A stretch of 31,761 nucleotides of DNA from contig CAVQFQ010000026.1 in NCBI GenBank assembly GCA_963711835.1, positions 1 through 31,761 of the forward strand. Reading direction: 5' to 3'. Source of the DNA: an uncultured delta proteobacterium (lineage in GTDB: Bacteria > Desulfobacterota > RBG-13-43-22). Under the pieces are notes generated by a model, which was not told where the DNA came from, searched no databases, and worked only from the letters and a program-made list of their open reading frames with translations. Shown one piece after another: positions 1-7,960 of this stretch; position 1 is the stretch's first letter; each line of letters begins with the position of its first letter. The translations under genes were made by a program, and so were the position numbers.

Positions 1-87
1 CCCCTCCGCAAAATAGGTTAAATGGATCCCAGGCAGTCGGCTTTGGCGAAGAAGGTATTACAAATCAGAGCCCACAACTGTTTAATT

Positions 88-187
88 TCACCGCAAAGAC
101 ACAAGGGATGCAAAGAAGAATAGTTGTCTCTTGGTGATCTTTGCGGCTCGAACGAGTCCCGCTAAAAGCGGGACGAGTGGGCGGTGA
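88..187. repeat. Small palindromic intergenic element (TCACCGC...GCGGTGA ends) with a nested hairpin
   Basis: Terminal inverted TCACCGC (88-94) / GCGGTGA (181-187); internal hairpin GTCCCGCT-AAA-AGCGGGAC (156-174) between two ACGAGT copies. Confidence 0.6.
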
Positions 188-226
188 TAAACAGAGTCAT
201 CTTTAAACCCAAAAAGGAGGCCATTT

Positions 227-760
227 ATGAGCACCTGGAAAATTGATTCTGACCATAGCGTAGCCGCTTTTGAGGCCCGCCATTTTATGATTACTATTGT
301 GCGGGGCCAATTTAATCGCCTGAGCGGCCAGATCCACTTCGATCCGGTCGATATGTCGCTTTGTTCGGTGGAAGCCACCATTGACGCCACCGGTCTTTAC
401 ACCGGCATTCCTAAAAGGGATGAGCACCTGCGCAGCCCGGAGTTCCTGGATGTGGAAAAATATCCCGCCATCACCTTTAAAAGCACCAAGGTTGAACTGG
501 CCGGGACCACCTTAAGAAAGGTATACGGCGATCTGACCATTCGCGGCATCACCCGTCCGGTCACCCTGGAGGTGGCCTTCTTCGGACCGGTCACCAGCCC
601 CTTCGGAGGGGAAACCACCATGGGCTTTACCGCGACGACCGAGATCAATCGGATGGACTTTGATGTCAACTGGAATTATGACATGGAAAATGGAGGCCTG
701 GTCGCCGGAAAGTGGATAAAGATTTATCTGGAAGCTGAAGCGGATCTGATTAATGAGTAA
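227..760 (+). CDS. YceI family (polyisoprenoid/lipid-binding) protein
   Basis: WKIDSDHS N-terminus, VRGQF, TGIPKRDEHLRSPEFLDVEKYPAITF and GDLTIRGITRPV motifs; AGGAGG RBS upstream. Confidence 0.93.
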   Translation: MSTWKIDSDHSVAAFEARHFMITIVRGQFNRLSGQIHFDPVDMSLCSVEATIDATGLYTGIPKRDEHLRSPEFLDVEKYPAITFKSTKVELAGTTLRKVYGDLTIRGITRPVTLEVAFFGPVTSPFGGETTMGFTATTEINRMDFDVNWNYDMENGGLVAGKWIKIYLEAEADLINE

Positions 761-811
761 AAAATGGATGATGGACGATGGACGAGAAAAAACATTCTAA
801 GGCAGTTTTAT

Positions 812-2035
812 TTATGAATCCTTTCGCACCATTTCCAGGAAGGTCTGCATCTGTTTCTCCACCTGCTGGGGGGCATAGCTGCGGGCGTCGGTGTGATCGG
901 CCTCGATGATCAGGCCGGGCTTGCCGGTAATTTCCGAGACCCTTCTTTTTAAATCGTATTGATTCAAAGAGTAGGTCTTGCAACTGCGGTTGGAATGCAT
1001 GATAAAGCCGTCCGCCTGGTAATCAGTGACCATATCCACCATTCTCTCAATTTTATAGTCCAGGCCCATATTGAGGTGAACGCTGATATAGGACCTGGCC
1101 AGGCTTTCCAGGGGCCGGGCCAAATCCAACCGGCTTAAGGTCCAGGCCGCCGTGTAGGTATCGGCTACCAGTACCGCGCCCCGGCTGGACAGCATCTTGG
1201 AAAGGTTGCGGATATCATACCAGATGGGGATGTTGTCCCAGACCAGACGGATCTTCTCCTGGGCAAAGGCCCCTTGCCCTTTTTTGACCCTCTCCTCCAG
1301 TTCCTTTTTCAGTTTCCGGTAATACCAGACGGCCCAGCGGCTGCCCCGCAGGGTGACGATAGGGGCCATGTGGATAAAGGCGTCAAAAGCGGCAAAAGGA
1401 GCCGGACGGTTCCGGGAAAGTTCCAGGATCTCTTTCCACAAGGTAATGGCCGCCAATGACTGAGCCCCGACCTTCTGGAACTTTTTTTCATCAAAGCGCC
1501 GGTGGAGCTGCTTTTCCAAAAAGCCGATGTACTCCTCCATCTGCCCGGTAACATATTTCAGGACATGGTCCGGAATCTGGTTGTCCAGGTAGGGGGTATC
1601 CAGGAAAAAAATCGGGACATTCAAGGCCCGGGCCTGAATCTCATACCATTTGATAACGGTTCCGCAGATATTGTTCCCGCAGACCAAAAAGTCCGGTTTG
1701 GGCAATTTCCCCAGGGGCCCCTGGTTGCTGAAAAAGCTCCCGATATCGCAACGGGCATAGGAGCATAGATCCCGGGAATAGCCGTGAGCCTCGGCTTCCT
1801 CGCACAAGGCTACCGAAGTCCGCGAGGCCCCGCACATGGCCCCGTAATTTTCCGGATAAAAAGGAATGACCCCCATGGCGTACAGGAATTCCACCGGTCC
1901 GCCGCTGGTAATCCAGGCCACCTTCTTCCCGAACCATTTGGCATTTTTGACCACCAGGTAATAGGTCTTCATCAGGCGGCGATAGTCTTTAACCGACTGG
2001 ATCTCCCGATACGATTTTTGTTTTTCCTCTGCCAT
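812..2035 (-). CDS. 2-hydroxyacyl-CoA dehydratase / benzoyl-CoA reductase-type [4Fe-4S] subunit (HgdA/BcrB/BzdO-like)
   Basis: YPENYGAMC, GYSRDLCSYA, NNICGTVIKWYE, HSNRSCK and IEADHTDAR motifs typical of the HGD-D family. Confidence 0.88.
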   Translation of the reverse strand: MAEEKQKSYREIQSVKDYRRLMKTYYLVVKNAKWFGKKVAWITSGGPVEFLYAMGVIPFYPENYGAMCGASRTSVALCEEAEAHGYSRDLCSYARCDIGSFFSNQGPLGKLPKPDFLVCGNNICGTVIKWYEIQARALNVPIFFLDTPYLDNQIPDHVLKYVTGQMEEYIGFLEKQLHRRFDEKKFQKVGAQSLAAITLWKEILELSRNRPAPFAAFDAFIHMAPIVTLRGSRWAVWYYRKLKKELEERVKKGQGAFAQEKIRLVWDNIPIWYDIRNLSKMLSSRGAVLVADTYTAAWTLSRLDLARPLESLARSYISVHLNMGLDYKIERMVDMVTDYQADGFIMHSNRSCKTYSLNQYDLKRRVSEITGKPGLIIEADHTDARSYAPQQVEKQMQTFLEMVRKDS

Positions 2036-2140
2036 AAAATATCCTTTGCTGGACTACCATTATGAAAGTTCTGATACGGGATCCGCGATCCGCAAGGCGA
2101 GATAGTTTTTTTTCGCCTTGCGCCTAACGCCTTGCGGGCT

Positions 2141-3283
2141 TTAGGCTAACATCTCCATAAAGGCCTGTATCCGGATCTTGAGCTGCTCCCGGCCTTGCGA
2201 GGGGCCTTCAATATCCAAAAGGAGGGTTGGGATGCCCCGGGACTCCAACCATTGCTTGACATCGGGATAGTCAAAATAATGGGGTTCGCAGAATTTATAG
2301 AACAAAAATATGACCCCTTTGGCCCCTGATTCCTGAACCTCTTTAAGCAAAACCTCCCGCCGCCCCCAGGGTCCCATGTATTTGGTAGGACAGAAGAAGG
2401 TGCGAAAATAGCGGTCGATCAAAGCGTTCCAGGGATCCCCGGTTTCATCGGTCATAAGGCGGAGGGTTCTCCCGCCGCTGCAGAGATCGTCTCCCACCAC
2501 GACGGCCCCGGCCTCATCCAGCAAGGCAAGCCAATCCGGGGAATGGGTCATGTTGCCCGTAAGGTACAAAGGGGTCCTTTTCCCATCATCTCCGGCCTCG
2601 GGTATGGCCCTCAGCAGGTTCTGAAGAAGTCCAAGATAGTCGGCCCGGTCGATAAAGAAGCCAACCTGGATGATCTGCGCCAGCAGTTTATTGGTCAACA
2701 GAGGGGAATCGCTTCGGAAGCGGCGGTAACATTCACCGAGACCTGCCCGGACTTGATTGAAAAGATGGATAGATCGGCTGAGATCTTCCGCCGTAACAGG
2801 GTTGACTTCCCGGCCTAAGAATTCCGTCAACCGTTTTAGTTCATCCCTAAAAAATAGTCGAGGCAGTTCCCCATCAAGCCGGGACGGGACCATGAAATTA
2901 AATTGGAAATGAGATCGTTTCTCAAGGGCCCAGATATCTGAGAGGCCTTTCATGGAATCGCAGGTCTGACTGAAAATGATCCCCTTTAAAAAGGTCAGTT
3001 CCCCTCTCAGCAGACTTTCAAGGGAGCTTTTGACCAGATGACAACAATAGGAAGGGAGGTGGGCCTGGGCATGGGAAATCTTGACCGGGAAGCCCATAAG
3101 CCGAACCGGAAAGGCCTGGGCGGCGTATAGTAGTTCCTCCGGCACAAAGGGGCAGAAATAACCGATCGGAACACGGTCCTTCGGAAGATGGGCAGCCAGT
3201 TCGGCGTATCCCCAGGCGGATATCTCCTCAATCGTTTTGGATAGTTCCGAAAAAGTTTCTTTAGCGGACAGGTTAGTTATCAT
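2141..3283 (-). CDS. 2-hydroxyacyl-CoA dehydratase / benzoyl-CoA reductase-type partner subunit (HgdB/BcrC/BzdN-like)
   Basis: GYFCPFVPEELL, CCHLVKS, TCDSM, DDLCSG, KFCEPH and RIQAFMEM motifs; start set at ATG 3283 rather than TTG 3307 (uncertain). Confidence 0.87.
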   Translation of the reverse strand: MITNLSAKETFSELSKTIEEISAWGYAELAAHLPKDRVPIGYFCPFVPEELLYAAQAFPVRLMGFPVKISHAQAHLPSYCCHLVKSSLESLLRGELTFLKGIIFSQTCDSMKGLSDIWALEKRSHFQFNFMVPSRLDGELPRLFFRDELKRLTEFLGREVNPVTAEDLSRSIHLFNQVRAGLGECYRRFRSDSPLLTNKLLAQIIQVGFFIDRADYLGLLQNLLRAIPEAGDDGKRTPLYLTGNMTHSPDWLALLDEAGAVVVGDDLCSGGRTLRLMTDETGDPWNALIDRYFRTFFCPTKYMGPWGRREVLLKEVQESGAKGVIFLFYKFCEPHYFDYPDVKQWLESRGIPTLLLDIEGPSQGREQLKIRIQAFMEMLA

Positions 3284-3454
3284 AAAGAGGGGGGTTCTCC
3301 CAACCAAAGGGGGAAAAGGATTAAAACATTAGCGGCCGAGGAAAAACCTGCCGGCCGGCCCAAGGCTGATTCAGAAGAAAAATAGTAAAAATAGAGCCGG
3401 GGGTCAAGAAAAATAGACGGATTTAAAGGCTTCTATTTAAAAAAAGAGGAAGAC

Positions 3455-3483
3455 TTGAAATAATTGCTCAAAACTGCCATGAT
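3455..3483 (+). promoter_or_regulatory. Putative sigma70 promoter of the fdhE operon
   Basis: TTGAAA (3455-3460), 17 bp spacer, CATGAT (3478-3483) with an extended -10 TG. Confidence 0.4.
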
Positions 3484-3531
3484 AGCCCCAACGAGTGATC
3501 TGGTTTCAGGTCCAACCCGCCTGCCAGCGGT

Positions 3532-3653
3532 AATCCTAAACAAAGATATTTGAAATTTTTTTATGTCTTGAAGAAATGGTATTGTGGGGTCCCCCCCAAT
3601 ACCTGATTTTGGAAAGTTAGAGATAAATTCTCAGACTAAAAGATGTAAGAATC
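3532..3653 (+). repeat. 122-bp dispersed repeat, copy A (upstream of fdhE)
   Basis: Near-identical to 23909-24030; central hairpin GGTATTG...CAATACC. Confidence 0.92.
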
Positions 3654-3677
3654 TAAACCCGGAAAGGAATCTGCCTT

Positions 3678-4577
3678 ATGGCTGCCGCCGTCCCCGTCCA
3701 GGAAAAAATCAACCGGAGGGTCCAAGAGGGAAAGAAGGAACATCCCCAGTACGAACCCTTTTTAAACTTTTGGGAAAAGATCCTGTCCCTTCAGGAAGCG
3801 TACTCCCAAAAAATTTCCTCAGAGGGCCGGGAGCTATCCCCAGCCCTGAGGGACCTGAAGCTCCAGGAAGGCTTCCCCCTGATTGCCTGGGAAGACGTAG
3901 CGGTAGATGAAGCCCTGATGAAGGAACTTCTCCAGGATCTCTGCCGGGCGACCAAGGAGGCCAACCGGAACCTGCGACAGGAAATCCCCAAGATAGAAAC
4001 ATGGCTTCAAAACAAAAAAAATGACTTCTCCAAGTGGATTACACTTTTTATCCGGAAAGAAGAACAGCCTTTTATCCAGAAAGCCAAGGATCACGGGCTG
4101 GATGGCGATCTTATGCTTTTCTTGTTTTATGCCGCCTGGAAACCCTTCTTGAAGGCCCGGGCGATGGGAATCGGGGAGGCCGGGTCTGCCCCTTTTGAAC
4201 AATGGGCCAGGGGTTATTGTCCGGTCTGCGGGTCCATGCCCCTGATTTCGTATTTGAAAAATGACGGGAAACGGGTTGCTGTATGTTCGACCTGCGAAAC
4301 CAATTACCCCCTTAATCGCATTTTTTGTCCGCACTGCGCAACTACGGAACAGCACCAATTGCGTTATTTTTATGACCAAGGGGATGAAGGGAGTCGGATC
4401 GAGGTCTGTGAATCCTGCCGGCATTACCTGAAAACCATTGACCTCAGGAAAAAGGAAATGGAAACCCTGCCTGTCCTGGATGATCTCCTGACCACTCATT
4501 TGGACCTCTGGGCCCAAAAAAAAGGCTATAAAAAATTACCGCTCGTTAGTCCCATTATCGGGAGGGAGGGTTTGTGA
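3678..4577 (+). CDS. fdhE: Formate dehydrogenase accessory protein FdhE
   Basis: W..GYCPVCGS.P, CSTC, R..CPHC, CESCRHYLKTID and DDL.T.HLD motifs. Confidence 0.92.
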   Translation: MAAAVPVQEKINRRVQEGKKEHPQYEPFLNFWEKILSLQEAYSQKISSEGRELSPALRDLKLQEGFPLIAWEDVAVDEALMKELLQDLCRATKEANRNLRQEIPKIETWLQNKKNDFSKWITLFIRKEEQPFIQKAKDHGLDGDLMLFLFYAAWKPFLKARAMGIGEAGSAPFEQWARGYCPVCGSMPLISYLKNDGKRVAVCSTCETNYPLNRIFCPHCATTEQHQLRYFYDQGDEGSRIEVCESCRHYLKTIDLRKKEMETLPVLDDLLTTHLDLWAQKKGYKKLPLVSPIIGREGL

Positions 4578-4903
4578 TGGAAATCCATTTCAAGGTCTGG
4601 CTGGAAAAGGATAAAAGAGTCCTTTTTGGAGAAGGCCGTAGCCTGCTTCTCCAGGCCATTGAGGATCAAGGTTCCCTGGCCAAGGCGGCTGAAAAGATGA
4701 CTATGTCCTACCGGGCCGCCTGGGGGCGTTTAAAGGCCTCCGAAGACCGCCTGGGATTCCCCTTGGCTCGAAAGGACTTGGACCAGGGGAAAAAAGGAGG
4801 ACTGCACCTGACCCCGGAGGGCAAACTGCTTCTCAAAAAGTACACGACCATCCACCTGGCCGTGGAATCACTGGTCAAGGACCTGGAGAAAAAACTCTTT
4901 TGA
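4574..4903 (+). CDS. ModE-type winged-helix regulator (DNA-binding domain only)
   Basis: LFGEGR..LL.AI...GSL.KAA..M.MSYRAAWGRLK is the ModE N-terminal HTH signature; no molybdate-binding TOBE domains; overlaps the fdhE stop. Confidence 0.88.
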   Translation: MMEIHFKVWLEKDKRVLFGEGRSLLLQAIEDQGSLAKAAEKMTMSYRAAWGRLKASEDRLGFPLARKDLDQGKKGGLHLTPEGKLLLKKYTTIHLAVESLVKDLEKKLF

Positions 4904-5391
4904 AACCGAAGACCCCGACTCCCTTGACTGATCTTGAAAAGGCCGTTATCCGGGAGTTGACCGGGGACCTGGAGGTAATCCCCCAGCCCTTTGCCTCTAT
5001 CGCCCAAAAGGTAGGGATTTCTCAAGGAAGGCTCTTGACGATTGTCCGCCGCTTAAAGGAAGAAGGGTACATACGCCGTTTTGGAGCCACCCTAAGACAC
5101 CGGAATTCCGGATTTGCCGCTAACGCCATGGTGGTCTGGTTGATTCCGGAAGAACGGATCGATGCGGTCGGCCGGACCATGGCCTCTTTCCGGGAAGTAA
5201 CCCATTGTTACCACCGCCGACCTCAGGGAAAATGGCGCTATAATCTGTTTACCATGATTCACGGGGCCACTGAAGAGGCCTGTCAGCGGATTGCCCGGGA
5301 AATTTCCCGGGCCACCGGGATGTCCGATTATAAACTGCTCTTCAGCCGGAGGGAACTGAAGAAGACGACCATGAGGTATTTCCATGAGTAA
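4900..5391 (+). CDS. ahbB: Siroheme decarboxylase beta subunit (AhbB/NirH, AsnC-like fold)
   Basis: [37 protein letters not shown] and [13 protein letters not shown] motifs; adjacent to hemL. Confidence 0.88.
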   Translation: MKPKTPTPLTDLEKAVIRELTGDLEVIPQPFASIAQKVGISQGRLLTIVRRLKEEGYIRRFGATLRHRNSGFAANAMVVWLIPEERIDAVGRTMASFREVTHCYHRRPQGKWRYNLFTMIHGATEEACQRIAREISRATGMSDYKLLFSRRELKKTTMRYFHE

Positions 5392-6688
5392 TAGCCCTAC
5401 CCAATCCGAACTTCTTTTCAGCCGGGGTCAAAAGGTGATACCGGGCGGCGTCAATAGTCCGGTCCGGGCCGCCAAGGGAGTCGGTACCTTCCCCTTGTTT
5501 ATCGAACGAGCCGAGGGTTCTAAGATTTATGATGCCGACGGACAAGAGTATATCGATTATGTCGGCTCCTGGGGACCCCTGATTCTCGGCCATGCCCATC
5601 CTCGCATCATCGAAGCGATTAGACAGGCCGCCTTAAAAGGCACCAGTTTCGGTGCCCCGACCGAGGCCGAGATCCAGCTGGCGGAACGGATCGTCGCCCT
5701 GGTCCCTTCCATCGATATGGTCCGGCTGGTCAATTCCGGAACAGAGGCCACCATGAGCGCCATCCGCCTGGCTCGGGCTTATACCAACCGGTCCCTGGTC
5801 GTCAAGTTTGACGGCTGCTACCACGGCCACGGGGACAGCTTTTTGATCAAAGCCGGTTCAGGGGTGGCCACCCTCGGGATTCCGGGCAGCCCCGGGGTTC
5901 CCGGTGAGATCGCCTCCCTGACCCTCTCGTTGCCCTATAACAACCTTGAAAAGGTTCAGGCGACCTTTGAACAGGTTGGCGACCAGGTGGCTGCCCTGAT
6001 CGTGGAACCGGTGGCCGGGAACATGGGAGTGGTTTTGCCGGAGCCGGGTTTTTTGGAAGGGCTTCGCCGGGTAACCAGCCGCTATCAGGCCCTGTTGATC
6101 TTCGATGAAGTCATCACCGGGTTTCGAGTCGCCCTGGGCGGGGCCCAGACCCTCTATCAAGTCAGGCCCGACCTGACCTGCCTGGGGAAGATTATCGGCG
6201 GAGGACTTCCGGTAGGCGCTTATGGAGGCAAAAAAGAAATCATGTCGCACATGGCCCCGGAAGGCCCGGTCTATCAGGCCGGCACCCTTTCAGGTAATCC
6301 TTTGGCCACAGCGGCCGGCCTGGCCACCCTGGAGGTTCTTTCCCAGAAAGGGATTTACGAGCAACTGGAAGAAAAATCGGCCTATTTTTTCGACGCACTG
6401 AATGGCCTGGCCCGGTCCAAAGGGATTTCCCTGATAACCACCCGGGTGGGTTCCATGGGCAGCCTCTTTTTCAGCCGTGAACCGGTCAAAGACTTCGAAA
6501 CCGTCATGAAAGCTTCTTCCGAAAAGTACGGATGGTTTTACCGGGAGATGCGCCATCGCGGCATCACTTTCGCTCCTTCGGCCTTTGAGGCCCTCTTCCT
6601 TTCCCTGGCCCATACCAGGCAGGATCTGGAAAAAACCCTTTCAGCGCTTGAAGAAGTTTTCAGCCTTATGGAAAGTTCCCTTGGCTAA
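5384..6688 (+). CDS. hemL: Glutamate-1-semialdehyde 2,1-aminomutase
   Basis: [53 protein letters not shown] and [10 protein letters not shown] motifs. Confidence 0.97.
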   Translation: MSNSPTQSELLFSRGQKVIPGGVNSPVRAAKGVGTFPLFIERAEGSKIYDADGQEYIDYVGSWGPLILGHAHPRIIEAIRQAALKGTSFGAPTEAEIQLAERIVALVPSIDMVRLVNSGTEATMSAIRLARAYTNRSLVVKFDGCYHGHGDSFLIKAGSGVATLGIPGSPGVPGEIASLTLSLPYNNLEKVQATFEQVGDQVAALIVEPVAGNMGVVLPEPGFLEGLRRVTSRYQALLIFDEVITGFRVALGGAQTLYQVRPDLTCLGKIIGGGLPVGAYGGKKEIMSHMAPEGPVYQAGTLSGNPLATAAGLATLEVLSQKGIYEQLEEKSAYFFDALNGLARSKGISLITTRVGSMGSLFFSREPVKDFETVMKASSEKYGWFYREMRHRGITFAPSAFEALFLSLAHTRQDLEKTLSALEEVFSLMESSLG

Positions 6689-6721
6689 TCTCTATAAAAT
6701 CTCCAGGTCAAGGAACTTATT

Positions 6722-7873
6722 ATGAGATTATCGGGAATTACCCCCCGGCGGTTACCGTGGTGCTCTTTTTTCTTGATCCTTTTTATATCGGGGGCCTTAG
6801 ATAACGGTATAGCCCAGGCTTTGAATTGGAGGATCCAAACCGTTGATGGGCTCGACCGTGTGGGCTGGAACAGTTCCCTGGCCCTGGACAGCACGGGCCG
6901 ACCTCATATCGTTTATTACGATGCCGCCAATGGCTATCTTAAATATGCCCGCTGGATGGGAAGTTCCTGGGAGTTTCAGGCCATAGACGAAACAGCGGAC
7001 GGGCGGGAACCCTCCTTAGTGCTGGACGCCTCGGGGACGCCCCATATAAGTTACTACGATTTCAGCAACCAGGCTCTCAAGTATGCCTTTAATTACGGCG
7101 GTCCCAACAATATGTGGTGGATTGATCTCGTGGACAACCAGGGGGTGGGCTGGAACAGTTCCTTAGCCCTGGACAACCAGGGAGAGCCGCACATCAGCTA
7201 TTATGATTTTACCAACAGCAAGCTGAAATATGCCTTTCGTAGGAATGGCCGCTGGGTTATCCAGATCTTGGGTAAAGCCGGCTATGGTCTTGAAGCCGGG
7301 GCGGACACCTCCCTGGTCTTGTCCGATTCGGGAGTACCTTACATCAGTTATTATGACAAAATGACCACTGGGACCGGGCAACTCAGGATGATTTTTAAGA
7401 CCAATGATACCTGGTGGCCCCTGGTGGTGGATGCTGCCGCGGGAATGGATCTGGGCCGAGGGTCATCCATTGCCTTAGATACCCAGGGAAGGCCGCACAT
7501 CAGCTACCTGGATGCTACCCAGGGCTTGCTGAAATATGCTTATCATAACGGGACCGACTGGGAGATTGTTGCTTCGGTAGATAGCGCCGGGGTTGCCGGG
7601 ACCTCGCTGGCCCTGGACGCCGGCAATGGTGTTCATATCAGTTACTTCGACGCCCTCAACGGCAAACTTAAATATGCCTTTCGAAGCAGTGTGCAGGCCC
7701 CCTGGGTGATTCAAACAGTGGACCCCAGCGGCAACCAGATCGGTGAATTTTCTTCCCTGGCCCTGGACAAAAACGGGAAGCCCCGCATCAGCTACTTTGA
7801 TCGAACCGCGGAGGATCTTAAGTTAGCCGTTGCCCTCTATGAATTTTACCTTCCGGTCCTCCTGCGCGATTAA
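6722..7873 (+). CDS. Secreted repeat (beta-propeller-like) protein with C-terminal YLPVLLR tail
   Basis: Signal-peptide-like N-terminus; seven ~48-aa repeats of SLALD..G.PHISYYD....LKYA; ends FYLPVLLRD. Confidence 0.85.
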   Translation: MRLSGITPRRLPWCSFFLILFISGALDNGIAQALNWRIQTVDGLDRVGWNSSLALDSTGRPHIVYYDAANGYLKYARWMGSSWEFQAIDETADGREPSLVLDASGTPHISYYDFSNQALKYAFNYGGPNNMWWIDLVDNQGVGWNSSLALDNQGEPHISYYDFTNSKLKYAFRRNGRWVIQILGKAGYGLEAGADTSLVLSDSGVPYISYYDKMTTGTGQLRMIFKTNDTWWPLVVDAAAGMDLGRGSSIALDTQGRPHISYLDATQGLLKYAYHNGTDWEIVASVDSAGVAGTSLALDAGNGVHISYFDALNGKLKYAFRSSVQAPWVIQTVDPSGNQIGEFSSLALDKNGKPRISYFDRTAEDLKLAVALYEFYLPVLLRD

Positions 7874-7886
7874 ATATGGTTTTTCC

Positions 7887-7916
7887 TTGACCTTAAAATT
7901 AATAAGCCATTATAGT
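7887..7916 (+). promoter_or_regulatory. Putative sigma70 promoter
   Basis: TTGACC (7887-7892), 18 bp spacer, TATAGT (7911-7916); GGAGG RBS before ATG 7961. Confidence 0.4.
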
Positions 7917-7960
7917 TCCCTCATGGGGGGAAGGTATTTCTTAGAGCATGGAGGTGGAAA

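Noticed and set aside
6830-7830. Nucleotide repeats (GTGGGCTGGAACAGTTCC, AAATATGCC) as DGR template/variable repeats
   Set aside because: They correspond to protein propeller repeats; no adenine-specific pattern was evident and there is no reverse transcriptase in the window.
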